In this document: in pieces, positions 9,887-19,219 of the stretch | Layout of the letters: each line of letters opens with the position of its first letter | How positions within the stretch are numbered: the first letter of the stretch is position 1 | Virus record (IMG/VR): IMGVR_UViG_3300048813_000081 | Span: 1-61,843 of that record | DNA from: a virus | Lineage: Duplodnaviria; Caudoviricetes | Direction: 5' to 3' (one strand) | Length of the DNA stretch: 61,843 nucleotides | The notes under the pieces: model-generated | Database searches by the model: none | What the model was told of the DNA's origin: nothing | Seen by the model: only the letters and a program-made list of their open reading frames with translations | Program-made: the position numbers and the translations under genes

Positions 9887-10403
9887 ACAACTGATGATAA
9901 ATGGAGCAGTGCTAACCGGACTTATAAGCGGTCTTTTCATGCAGCCCGTATTCCCCGAACCCTATACTGGCGGAGTATCTACAGGAATATCTGGAGTGGA
10001 CTTACGGGTGGACAATTACACAGCAGGGGTGTTACGGCAAGAATTAGAACCAACTGCTATGACAGTCAGGATACCGCAGTTGGATCGGCCAGTCACTACG
10101 GTTCACCTGCGGCCACAATTATCGGCAGTCGGTTTTCACTGGGAAGGACCGTATCACATTATTACTTATGTGGATCCTGCGTCTAGTGTTTATGGAACTA
10201 TATTTCCCGGAGATCGGGAGATTTCCTTGGCTGGCATGGACCCTAAGCAATCTGAGATACAACGCAAAAATTACGGAGCAAATAATACTACGGTTGAAAT
10301 GGTGTTCCAGAAACCTAACGGACAACGATTAACACTATCTGTCATCAGACAACCAGTGGCTAATTTTGACCCTGCATTCGCCAGAACACTTCTGCCTTAT
10401 TAA
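9879..10403 (+). CDS. Exported PDZ-like protein
   Basis: N-terminal hydrophobic segment; AVGFHW..IITYVDPASSV..IFPGDREISLAG..G..NTTVEMVFQK PDZ-like pattern. Confidence 0.55.
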   Translation: MYKQLMINGAVLTGLISGLFMQPVFPEPYTGGVSTGISGVDLRVDNYTAGVLRQELEPTAMTVRIPQLDRPVTTVHLRPQLSAVGFHWEGPYHIITYVDPASSVYGTIFPGDREISLAGMDPKQSEIQRKNYGANNTTVEMVFQKPNGQRLTLSVIRQPVANFDPAFARTLLPY

Positions 10404-10612
10404 GGCTTCGGCGCTGAATCGCCCGACATCTTTTTCATAACAATAGCGCTAACGATCCCCGACATGGCTGCTATACAGCCCGTAAGGAGCTGGTCGTTTA
10501 CTACATAAGTGACATGCATCATTGCAGCAACAAATGGCAGCAAAGTAACACTGAGAATTAGTATTGACAGTGTAAATATCGCAACTATCGCTACTGTATC
10601 TATAATGTTCAT
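10400..10612 (-). CDS. Small two-TM membrane protein (holin candidate)
   Basis: Two hydrophobic helices with a short charged C-terminus. Confidence 0.4.
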   Translation of the reverse strand: MNIIDTVAIVAIFTLSILILSVTLLPFVAAMMHVTYVVNDQLLTGCIAAMSGIVSAIVMKKMSGDSAPKP

Positions 10613-10706
10613 TTTGTTTACTTGTGGATGGCTAAATGTGCAGCTACGAAACCGATGCAATAACACCCTAGTGCTATGAAGAAATCCATGACTGTTGTTT
10701 GCATCA

Positions 10707-10934
10707 TTATACACCTAGTGCTGTTCTGACATCTGCGACTATTTTAGCTAAATCTGTAGCTGCTACTTGAGCATCTGCTAGCAATTTCTGAACATCATCA
10801 GCAGCTAATTTGCCATCAGCTTCTAATTCGGCTAATGTAGCTGGATTGCTCAGAGCATTCACTAAGCTAACTACTGTACCTAGACTACCTGCTAAATTAC
10901 CAAGATTAAGCTTGGGTTCCATACTATCGGACAT
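10707..10934 (-). CDS. Hypothetical helical protein
   Basis: GAGGG RBS before MSDSME. Confidence 0.45.
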   Translation of the reverse strand: MSDSMEPKLNLGNLAGSLGTVVSLVNALSNPATLAELEADGKLAADDVQKLLADAQVAATDLAKIVADVRTALGV

Positions 10935-11050
10935 TATTATTCCCTCATATCTATACATGTAGTTCCTAGTATACCTTAAGTTTTATTACTAGATTAACCT
11001 AAAATAATGTTAAAATACACTTAGCTTATATAGTTAGGAGTATTTTTTAC

Positions 11051-12994
11051 ATGCCGATTGTCGTCGATCCAACACAGTTCAACCCGGCTGCCTTAACAGT
11101 TCCAGCAGTTTATTTAATAGTACAACCCCCGCAAGCTTCTATTACGGGTGCTCCAGCTTCCGTGTTCGGTAAAGTCGGTACAGCCTCTTGGGGTCCAGTA
11201 AACCAAGCTCAATTAATAGGTAGTTTGCAGGCTCAAAACATCACTTTCGGTGGAATTAGCGCTGCTTCATTGTCAGATCCGTTCGACATGGCTACTTCAG
11301 TCTGGGCTTCGTATCAACAAGCATCCAACCCACAAGGTTTAACAATTCAAGGCGTTCGCGTTTCAGACGGTACCGACGTAGCAGCTTCAGTCACATTAGT
11401 TGATAATACGGCTGATGTTCAAACAGTCACTGTCGGTGGTAGTAAAACATCTGGCGATACAATTATACTGACATTTACAAACAGTAAAATTACAGGCAGT
11501 CCGCTCAGCTTGCCAATGTATACAGTTCTAACGGGCGACACGCTAACCACAATAGCAACAGCCTTAAAGGGATTAATTAATGCTAGTACTGCTTTAATAG
11601 CGGCAGGCATCACTGCTACTTCTTCGGGAGCAGTCGTTTCTGTTGTTGCTAATACAGATTTAGATATCATTCCAGTTATTACCTCTACATTAAGCGAAGC
11701 CGCAACCGAAACCATCACCGTTGCTTCTCCATCTGCCGTTACTGGTGGAACACTTACAGCGCTCTATACTGGCGTTCTAGGTAATAAAATCAAACTTTCA
11801 ATTCTTCCCGGTTCTTCCGCCAGCAAGGTAAATGTTCTGTTAACCGCTTGGGCTGGTAAGGCGCAAGAATACTACGTTGGTCTTCCTAATACATCTGCCT
11901 TCTGGGCAGCTTTAGCGTCAACCTTATCCGGTGGTGCTGGTCCTACTGTTCCATCTTCTGTACTAGCTTCTTTCGCTCCGGCATCATCGACTCACGGACC
12001 TCAACTACAAGTCGCAACCGCACTCTCAGGCGGTACTGATGGTCGCGGTGTTTCAGCTGGTCAAATGGTTGGTTCTGCAACAGGCGGAGTTACCGGGCAG
12101 GGTTCAGGCTTATATGCACTGTTGCCTGCGAAACCTTTCTGTCAACAAGCTGCTTGTGTCGGTTTAACCGATATGACTGTCGCTCCTAGTATTCAAGAAT
12201 TTGCTTATCAAAACGGCATACTAATGTTCATCGCCCAAGCTATAAATACCGATCCTACAGATGCAGTCACCGCTTTAAATACCTACGGTATAGATAACTA
12301 CCAAGTAATCTGTTTTATAGACTGGTGTCAAATGTTCGATCCAGTTAATAACGTAGCACGTTATGTATCTCCAGACGGTCCTTTAGGTGGTTTAGTTGCC
12401 GCTTTAGCTCCACAAAACTCACCATTGAACAAACAGTTACAAGGCGTCATAACGACCTCTAGACTGCAAGCAATCGGACCTTATAATGACTCAGAAGTTG
12501 GCTTAGCTAATACAAACGGTTTAGCCCTTGTCAGTAATCCTATCGGACAAGGTCCAACATTCGGTTTCGTTACTGCTGTAAATACTTCGTTAGATAATTT
12601 AGGTACTGCTCCTGTTGAATATTCGCGCATGACGAATTTCTTAATTCAATCTATCGGAGCTAACTTAGGCATATACTTAGGTGCTAATCAATTACAGCGT
12701 CCGATAGATCCCGTTAGAGCTGCTATTAAGCAATCTTTAAATACATTCTTGAATGGCATGATAAGTGCTGTTCCAGCACAATTAGATGCTGCTACCGTAT
12801 TATGCGAATACGATTCATCCGGCACTATGGGCGGTGTACCAGGATATAACACTAATGCGACTATAGCTGCACATCAATGCTCAGTATTCGTTGCTGCTAC
12901 TTATGTATCTTCAATCTGGTATTTAATTTTCACCCTTCAAGGCGGAACCACTGTCAGTGTACAGAACGTAGTTTCACCGCAACCACAGAGCTAG
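11051..12994 (+). CDS. Contractile tail sheath protein
   Basis: PAVYLIVQPP..GKVGTASWGPVN; TLTALYTGVLGNKI; ALSGGTDG; PQNSPLNKQL; classic sheath motifs. Confidence 0.9.
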   Translation: MPIVVDPTQFNPAALTVPAVYLIVQPPQASITGAPASVFGKVGTASWGPVNQAQLIGSLQAQNITFGGISAASLSDPFDMATSVWASYQQASNPQGLTIQGVRVSDGTDVAASVTLVDNTADVQTVTVGGSKTSGDTIILTFTNSKITGSPLSLPMYTVLTGDTLTTIATALKGLINASTALIAAGITATSSGAVVSVVANTDLDIIPVITSTLSEAATETITVASPSAVTGGTLTALYTGVLGNKIKLSILPGSSASKVNVLLTAWAGKAQEYYVGLPNTSAFWAALASTLSGGAGPTVPSSVLASFAPASSTHGPQLQVATALSGGTDGRGVSAGQMVGSATGGVTGQGSGLYALLPAKPFCQQAACVGLTDMTVAPSIQEFAYQNGILMFIAQAINTDPTDAVTALNTYGIDNYQVICFIDWCQMFDPVNNVARYVSPDGPLGGLVAALAPQNSPLNKQLQGVITTSRLQAIGPYNDSEVGLANTNGLALVSNPIGQGPTFGFVTAVNTSLDNLGTAPVEYSRMTNFLIQSIGANLGIYLGANQLQRPIDPVRAAIKQSLNTFLNGMISAVPAQLDAATVLCEYDSSGTMGGVPGYNTNATIAAHQCSVFVAATYVSSIWYLIFTLQGGTTVSVQNVVSPQPQS

Positions 12995-13006
12995 GAGTAA
13001 TTCAGC

Positions 13007-13528
13007 ATGGCATACGCTAATATCACCGGAATGAATATAGGGCAAGATTTACGTCTTGTATTATTTCAACCTGTTAACGGCGCAGGGTCTAGCTTTACCG
13101 ATACCGCCCTAGGTCGTATCGTTAGTTTTAATGCAGTGCCTGTTATCTCTGAAATAGCCCGCGTACCACTTACAAATGGCGGTATACGTGTCGTACGTAA
13201 CGTCTATCAAGGTTGGAACGGCGATATGGATTTCGTTAGATATAACGGCAATCTGACAACTTTAATAGCTTCTATTATGGGTGTATTCAATACACTTGGT
13301 AATGAATCGTATTTTAATATTGATGCTCTTGTATATAATCAAATCAGTCAGACTACTGATACATTAACATTCTTAAATTGCGTAATCAGTCAGGTTAACA
13401 CCGGTTCATTCGGTGAAACTGCTGCTGTTGAACAACGCCTTCACTTTGAAGGACAGAACATATTGTTTAATGGTCAAGAGCTTAGTGCGCTAGCAGTGCC
13501 TAGTAATATTACTGGTGGCGGTCCGTAA
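13007..13528 (+). CDS. Tail tube protein
   Basis: 173 aa immediately after sheath; AGGAG RBS; TLTFLNCVISQ..VEQRLHFEG. Confidence 0.75.
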   Translation: MAYANITGMNIGQDLRLVLFQPVNGAGSSFTDTALGRIVSFNAVPVISEIARVPLTNGGIRVVRNVYQGWNGDMDFVRYNGNLTTLIASIMGVFNTLGNESYFNIDALVYNQISQTTDTLTFLNCVISQVNTGSFGETAAVEQRLHFEGQNILFNGQELSALAVPSNITGGGP

Positions 13529-13530
13529 TT

Positions 13531-13968
13531 ATGCGTAAGTTATCTGACCTAGTATCAGATATCCGCAACGAAATTAGAGAGATTCCACTAACTAATAAGG
13601 CTGTTCTCAACCTGTTAGGCGTAGCCGTACAGGAGCAGGTCCAGTCTATGATTGGTACTAAGCAGATATTCTGGCAGGATTTAAAACCTAGTACGATTAA
13701 GCGTAAACAATCACATAACGGTGGACGCAATGGCGATGCCAGTACGCCTCTATATGATATGGGCGATTTTTATCGAAGCATTGAATATAAGGTAGTCAAT
13801 AAAAATACTGTTCGAATATTTAGCGATGATAAAGCAGCCGAATATCATGAATACGGAACTAGTTCGCAAGCACCCAGACCTGTCTTCAAGCCAGCGGCTA
13901 TGATAGTGTTGAAGAAGTTTTTAGGCGGGAATATGATATCTAAGTTTTATTTACTGAGTTTGCGCTGA
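13531..13968 (+). CDS. Virion morphogenesis (neck/tail completion) protein
   Basis: WQDLKPSTIKRK..PLYDMGDFYRSI..AEYHEYGT..PRPVF motif of Mu gpG/HK97 gp10-like proteins. Confidence 0.75.
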   Translation: MRKLSDLVSDIRNEIREIPLTNKAVLNLLGVAVQEQVQSMIGTKQIFWQDLKPSTIKRKQSHNGGRNGDASTPLYDMGDFYRSIEYKVVNKNTVRIFSDDKAAEYHEYGTSSQAPRPVFKPAAMIVLKKFLGGNMISKFYLLSLR

Positions 13969-14105
13969 TTGTATTTTAATCGTCGTTGTGAGTTCTTGAA
14001 TGCTTTATTACATTGCTTACAGGCGCAATCGTAGCCATCTAAATAGGGACTTTTATCGAACTTACTTAATGGTAATGTCCGTAGACACATTAAACAAATT
14101 TTCAT
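13947..14105 (-). pseudogene. Isolated zinc-finger N-terminus of an HNH endonuclease (52 aa remnant)
   Basis: Hand translation MKICLMCLRTLPLSKFDKSPYLDGYDCACKQCNKAFKNSQRRLKYNQRKLSK matches the N-termini of the HNH genes at 6761 and 29225 but lacks the nuclease domain. Confidence 0.6.
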
Positions 14106-14180
14106 ATTAAAACCTGCTAATTTCCTACGGACATGAAACCCCTATAATCATGGTGCTGAATCGAATTATAGGAGATTTCT

Positions 14181-14606
14181 ATGCCCGAACTTACTGTCAA
14201 TACTACTGTAGCTGCACCAGAAAAACAAGCAGATGTTAAGAAGGATGAAGCACCGAAGGGGTCGGTAGTAAACCTCCGCCCTAACGTAAGCTTCAAACTC
14301 CCCGACGGACGCGAAATAGAGATGGGCAAGCCAGACACTCCGACAGCCATGCTCCTGCCTACGGTAGTCGCCAGCATGCAAGACCCTAATCTTAAGTCAG
14401 ATCCTGCCAGAAACGAATTTAACGCCCGGATGGCTATGTTTGTACGTAAGATTAATAACAAACCATTTAGACCACCTATGTCAGCTGGAGACGTCAGCGT
14501 CATCCTTCATGAGCTAGGTGAAGACGGCTGCGACATTGTGCTAGATGTGTACTTTAAGCACTTCGCGCCTCTAAATGCCGACCAGATAGAAATCATAAAA
14601 AAGTAG
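14181..14606 (+). CDS. Tail assembly chaperone (gpG-like)
   Basis: AGGAG RBS; between tube and tape measure; ends in slippery A AAA AAG TAG. Confidence 0.75.
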   Translation: MPELTVNTTVAAPEKQADVKKDEAPKGSVVNLRPNVSFKLPDGREIEMGKPDTPTAMLLPTVVASMQDPNLKSDPARNEFNARMAMFVRKINNKPFRPPMSAGDVSVILHELGEDGCDIVLDVYFKHFAPLNADQIEIIKK

Positions 14607-14773
14607 TAGAAAGCCCGTTTTTCAATGAAGTAGCATTTTTGGTACAAAACGGCTTCTCTCTAGACGAAGCTTGTTCCTTGGATTCCACCCTAAGAACAGC
14701 GTTTATCTATGCCATTCAGCAGCAGAAAGGTGGGCGTATAAACTGGGAAACGGGCGATATAAGTTTTAAATAA
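14597..14773 (+). other. Programmed -1 frameshift site and gpGT-like extension
   Basis: AAAAAAG at 14597-14603; -1 frame open (VVESPFFNEVAFLVQNGFSLDEA..GGRINWETGDISFK) to TAA 14771-14773. Confidence 0.8.
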
Positions 14774-14788
14774 TCGTATAATTAATGT

Positions 14789-17023
14789 ATGAGAGACGCA
14801 GTCGGAATTGAACTTAAACTGAACCAGAATCTTGAATCGCAACTCAAGATTATATTACCTATGCTGGAAAAAATGGAACAGCGGTTCGGTAATATTAATA
14901 AGACTTTGGCTAAGATGCAGGATTTACACGATAAGGCTACCCGTGGTTTTAATGCTATGGGTCATAGTATCGATCGCGTGACGCAAAAAGAGAAGGCTCT
15001 TGCCCGCGTGAATAGTCAAGTAGCTAATGTTGGCATGGCTGCCAAGGGTGCTACTAGATCTGTAGATATACTAGGTGCTTCCTTGGGAGCCTTAACCCGA
15101 TTAGTTGCTCCTTTAATGATTCTTCAAAAACTCACCCAAGGCGCAGAGTTTTTAGGTGGTTCAGCGCTAGATTTTGAAAAAGAATCAAAATCATTACAGC
15201 AGATAGGACTTAGTAAGGATTTCCAGAAGAAACTTATTGGAGATGCTTTACGACTGGGTTCTAGTGGGCAATATGCTTTAAGTGGTGCTGATTTTATCCA
15301 TACATTTAAAGAAACTAGACTATCAGCTAAATCAGATGAAGATGCGCGTAAAAATCTACCTATGATCGGTGCAGTTGATATGAAGTTGCGAATGATTGAT
15401 AAATCATTAGCCGGACAAGCGAATTTACTCCCTAGATATTTTGAAAAGTTTGGTGCCTTTACCGATCCCGATAAAAATAAAGTTGCTAATGATTTAGTTA
15501 AAGTCATGCAAGCCTCTGGCGGTACTGTCAATATGGCGCAATTATTACAACAAATCGGTACATCGGGCACCGCTGTAATTGGCAGTGATCCGTTAAAAGA
15601 AATGACAGAACAAGCATATTCTATTAAAGAATCAGCAGCAGGCGCTGGAGGGGGTGGTAGAGGTCGTGGTGGTGTGGGACGACAAGCCTTGGATAGAATT
15701 GTGAACTTAGGTATTATTCCGCCGGCCATGGCAACCATGATGCAACGCGGTGGCATGATGGACGGCTTAACAGGTTCGTCGGGACATAAGATTTTATACG
15801 ACAGCGTTACAGGGCAACATGTACTAACTAGCGGACGCGGTGGTGGTAGCGGCAGTCTGAAAACTAGTGATGTACATTCATTCTTGTTAACACAACGTCC
15901 AGAATGGATGAAGCGCGATGCTAATGATACGTATCAATTAGGCTTAGACTTTGCCGCAGGTGCAGATATTTTAGGTGGTAATAAAATCAAAGGTAATTTC
16001 TTGGCTAATAGAGATGCTCAAGTAAAACACTTCATGAGTCGTCCGGTTGCTGAGCAGAAGCAGTTAGAAGGTCAGATTATGGCTGGTTCACGTATGACGG
16101 GTATTGATTTCATTATGGAACGTTCAGTTGGGCGGTATTTACAACAACATGATATTTTCACCAACAAAGTGAATGAGCAACAAGGACTAGGCGTGGGTGG
16201 ACAGCTATCAGTTTCTGACCGTTGGGATAAGATGATTGCTGGTTTTACAACATTCGGCAATAGTTTAGGTGCTAATGAAAATCTAATAAAACTAGCTAAC
16301 GCTGCTTTAGATAATTTAGACGCTACTATTAAAATCTTGAATGATAATGTAAAACCGATTGGTGATTTCTTAGCGCAGTGGGGTAAGTTATCCGGACAGG
16401 CAGTGAGCGGAGCTGCAGGAGCAGGCGGCATGGGCTTTGGTATAACCGGTGCTATAGGTAATATTGCTGTTAGTGCGGCTAAAGATTTATATAAGGGCGG
16501 AGGCTCTGGTGTAATAGGGGCCATCATTAATTCTGCTAAGAAAAACAATATTAATCCAGTAACAGCTATTGCATATATGATGCATGAAAGTGGTTTAAAT
16601 CCATTTGCCATAGGCGACAAGGGAACATCGTTCGGATTAGCACAGTTGCATAAAGGTGGAGAATTAGGCAATTTAACACCTGGACAGGCATTCGATCCTA
16701 CTACTAATGCTAATCGATCATTGAGTTATATGGCGCAAGTAGCTAAAGCTCATCCAGGGTTATCGCCTGGGCACTTAGCAGCAATGGCACAACGACCTGC
16801 TAATCCCGGTGCATATGCTCACGCTGTTGATGCTAATTTATCGCAAGCACAAATCATTGTTAATAATTATTTAGATGGCAAACAGATAGCATCTCAAACA
16901 ACTAAGCATGTAGCGAAAGCCTTAGTTAAATCCGGCAACAAATCATCTCAATCAGCTTCTGAAGGTCGCGGTAGTTATACGCCATCGTCTCTAAACGCCG
17001 GTGGCGCAGGGAGTCAGCACTAA
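14789..17023 (+). CDS. Tape measure protein with C-terminal lytic transglycosylase domain
   Basis: Long helical Ala/Gly-rich protein after chaperone; INPVTAIAYMMHESGLNPFAIGD..SFGLAQL..FDPTTNA SLT motif. Confidence 0.85.
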   Translation: MRDAVGIELKLNQNLESQLKIILPMLEKMEQRFGNINKTLAKMQDLHDKATRGFNAMGHSIDRVTQKEKALARVNSQVANVGMAAKGATRSVDILGASLGALTRLVAPLMILQKLTQGAEFLGGSALDFEKESKSLQQIGLSKDFQKKLIGDALRLGSSGQYALSGADFIHTFKETRLSAKSDEDARKNLPMIGAVDMKLRMIDKSLAGQANLLPRYFEKFGAFTDPDKNKVANDLVKVMQASGGTVNMAQLLQQIGTSGTAVIGSDPLKEMTEQAYSIKESAAGAGGGGRGRGGVGRQALDRIVNLGIIPPAMATMMQRGGMMDGLTGSSGHKILYDSVTGQHVLTSGRGGGSGSLKTSDVHSFLLTQRPEWMKRDANDTYQLGLDFAAGADILGGNKIKGNFLANRDAQVKHFMSRPVAEQKQLEGQIMAGSRMTGIDFIMERSVGRYLQQHDIFTNKVNEQQGLGVGGQLSVSDRWDKMIAGFTTFGNSLGANENLIKLANAALDNLDATIKILNDNVKPIGDFLAQWGKLSGQAVSGAAGAGGMGFGITGAIGNIAVSAAKDLYKGGGSGVIGAIINSAKKNNINPVTAIAYMMHESGLNPFAIGDKGTSFGLAQLHKGGELGNLTPGQAFDPTTNANRSLSYMAQVAKAHPGLSPGHLAAMAQRPANPGAYAHAVDANLSQAQIIVNNYLDGKQIASQTTKHVAKALVKSGNKSSQSASEGRGSYTPSSLNAGGAGSQH

Positions 17024-18006
17024 TGCCAGCACCTACTACATTCAGTACATCTAATGCGTTACAACTAGGCACTGTAACATTCTACAACTTCGAAGTCCCT
17101 GAAGAGATTCCGAATTTCTTCGGTGTTCAGAAATTAGCCATACACGACTTTCCGACTATAGGACAAGGCAACCGGACCGTTCAGGTTTTAGGTAGTTTTC
17201 CATTTCCGATGATTGAATGGACTGGTGAATTCTGGAATAACGATGTACCCTTACCAGTTAATAATCCAGCAGCTGCAGGTACTTCGGGTGGAGATGCGAT
17301 TCAGAGAGCATCGCAGGTTAATAGTATGCGTGTTCAAGCAGAACCAGTTCAGCTCACCTGGGGTCCATTCAACTTACAGGTTATGGTTGAAGAGTTCGAA
17401 GTAATTGCTAAGCTGGCGCAACGTTTAGCTTATCGTATTAAGTTAGTGCCCCTAATGGATAATACTTCTACCTCTAATACCGGATTACAAGCACCAAATC
17501 CGAACGCAGTAGCATTCAATGCGAATCGTGGTGTGACTGCAGCAGTTACTTCAGTACCAGGGCAACTACTACCACCGCTAGTACAGCTAGCTGCTACTAC
17601 GATAGCTACAGCTGCCACAGCTGCTATTATTAATGCTAACAATAATGTATCTAATGTTTCGACAGGTGCACAGTCTGCGCTGCAAGCACAGATATTAGCT
17701 CTCCAGTTAGTATTAAATCCAATCATGAATGGTAATAATTATGGACAAGCTACAGCAGCAGCTACGTTATCATCAGCGCTGTATGCTCTTAGCGTCGCTA
17801 TGAACATAGGGCAAGCTACCAGTACAACGACTATTACTGTCACTAATCCCAACCTATCAGTTTTAGCTAGTACTTATTATGGTGATAGTAGTTTATGGCC
17901 ACTTATAGCATCAGCGAATAACCTACAAGACGTATCGCCTATCGGAACGTTTACATTAGTTATACCACCGCAGACTACACAGTCTGCATTAATACCAACG
18001 TCATGA
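17023..18006 (+). CDS. Tail tube initiator / LysM-like baseplate protein
   Basis: P2 gpU-like N-terminus (PVQLTWG..YRIKL); C-terminal NLSVLASTYYGDSSLWPLIASANNL..TLVIP LysM-like. Confidence 0.7.
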   Translation: MPAPTTFSTSNALQLGTVTFYNFEVPEEIPNFFGVQKLAIHDFPTIGQGNRTVQVLGSFPFPMIEWTGEFWNNDVPLPVNNPAAAGTSGGDAIQRASQVNSMRVQAEPVQLTWGPFNLQVMVEEFEVIAKLAQRLAYRIKLVPLMDNTSTSNTGLQAPNPNAVAFNANRGVTAAVTSVPGQLLPPLVQLAATTIATAATAAIINANNNVSNVSTGAQSALQAQILALQLVLNPIMNGNNYGQATAAATLSSALYALSVAMNIGQATSTTTITVTNPNLSVLASTYYGDSSLWPLIASANNLQDVSPIGTFTLVIPPQTTQSALIPTS

Positions 18007-19088
18007 CAAACAACCGACAGCTAACCACATTTATGCGGGTAGGCGGCTATTCCATCCCTCTACTGTCCTGGCAGTGTCATCTCACTAGCTATGGCAATTT
18101 ATGCACATTCGAAACTAAAACATCAATTCAGCAAATCAAAAAAGCTGGTTTTGATATATTCACAGTACAGCAAAATAACTTTACATTAGAGTGTCAGATT
18201 ATACTAGCCGATAACACGGGTGGCACATCGCAGATAGTATTCGATGGCATCGTCGATACAGTCGATGGCACATGGGAACATGACGAAATAGAAATCACCG
18301 GCAGAGATTACAGTGCTGTACTGCGCGATAAAGATGATACTTTAGATAAGTATGTAAATCAAACCGTGAGTCAGGTTATTCAGGGGATAGCTGCAGATAA
18401 TAATATCTTAGCTAATGTTAGTACTACTTCACAAATAGCTGGTATACGCGCTAGTACTTTTCAGGGTGAAGACTGGGCTATGTCTACATCACCTAAACCT
18501 ACATGGCATATTATTCAGCAATTAGCTGATGAAGTTGGTTATGTAGCATATATGGATCAACATAAAACTTTAAATTTCGTACCACCAGGCAATGGTGCAT
18601 CACATGCTTACTATTGGCGTCCTGATAATACAGTAGAAAATCCAATACTGAATTTAAATCTTATGCAACAATCTAGACGTTGCAGTAACTTTACTCTACG
18701 CGTTCACGGATTTGACATTGCCGGTAAGGAGACTATCTATAAGGATATAGTTATAGGTCAAGGCACTGGACACTTTTATAATAAATCACGACAAGATTTG
18801 ACCGCCCAAAACTGTAATCAAATAGCACAGAACTTAGCTGATGAAATACAAGCCAAGAACGTTGTGGTGAAAATGACTGTTGAAGGTGATACTAGTTTAA
18901 ATGTTAACGATCAACTCACTGTACAAGAATCTTCACTGAACGATTTATTAGGTATGTCGAATCGTCCACTATTTATAACCAGTATCTTGCACAGTTTCGA
19001 AATGCCAGACTATGGCTCTACTGAAGCAGCTGGGTTTCTAACACACTTAACTTGTAATCAGCTAGGTTCTGGTGGTGGCTCTACTTAA
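18003..19088 (+). CDS. Baseplate hub protein (gpD/gp27-like)
   Basis: VFDGIVD..IEITGRDYSAVLRD..NQTVSQVIQGIA..WHIIQQLADEVG..EGDTSL..ITSILHSF. Confidence 0.8.
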   Translation: MTNNRQLTTFMRVGGYSIPLLSWQCHLTSYGNLCTFETKTSIQQIKKAGFDIFTVQQNNFTLECQIILADNTGGTSQIVFDGIVDTVDGTWEHDEIEITGRDYSAVLRDKDDTLDKYVNQTVSQVIQGIAADNNILANVSTTSQIAGIRASTFQGEDWAMSTSPKPTWHIIQQLADEVGYVAYMDQHKTLNFVPPGNGASHAYYWRPDNTVENPILNLNLMQQSRRCSNFTLRVHGFDIAGKETIYKDIVIGQGTGHFYNKSRQDLTAQNCNQIAQNLADEIQAKNVVVKMTVEGDTSLNVNDQLTVQESSLNDLLGMSNRPLFITSILHSFEMPDYGSTEAAGFLTHLTCNQLGSGGGST

Positions 19089-19219
19089 ACCCATAGTTGT
19101 TTATTACGTTCGTAGATTGTATTGTGTTCTATCTTAGGAGCGTAATATATGTTGAGTAACATATATGTGACTATGCTGACTAACAGAAACCAGGCTAGAC
19201 ATATAAGCACTAGTTTCAT
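19085..19219 (-). CDS. Small membrane peptide (44 aa)
   Basis: Hand translation MKLVLICLAWFLLVSIVTYMLLNIYYAPK...; ATG overlaps the stop of 19219..20481. Confidence 0.4.
   Translation of the reverse strand: MKLVLICLAWFLLVSIVTYMLLNIYYAPKIEHNTIYERNKQLWV

Noticed and set aside
15124-16671. Long antisense ORFs opposite the tape measure (and similar shadow ORFs opposite other structural genes)
   Set aside because: Fully nested antisense to confident genes with no RBS or motifs; codon-bias shadows.
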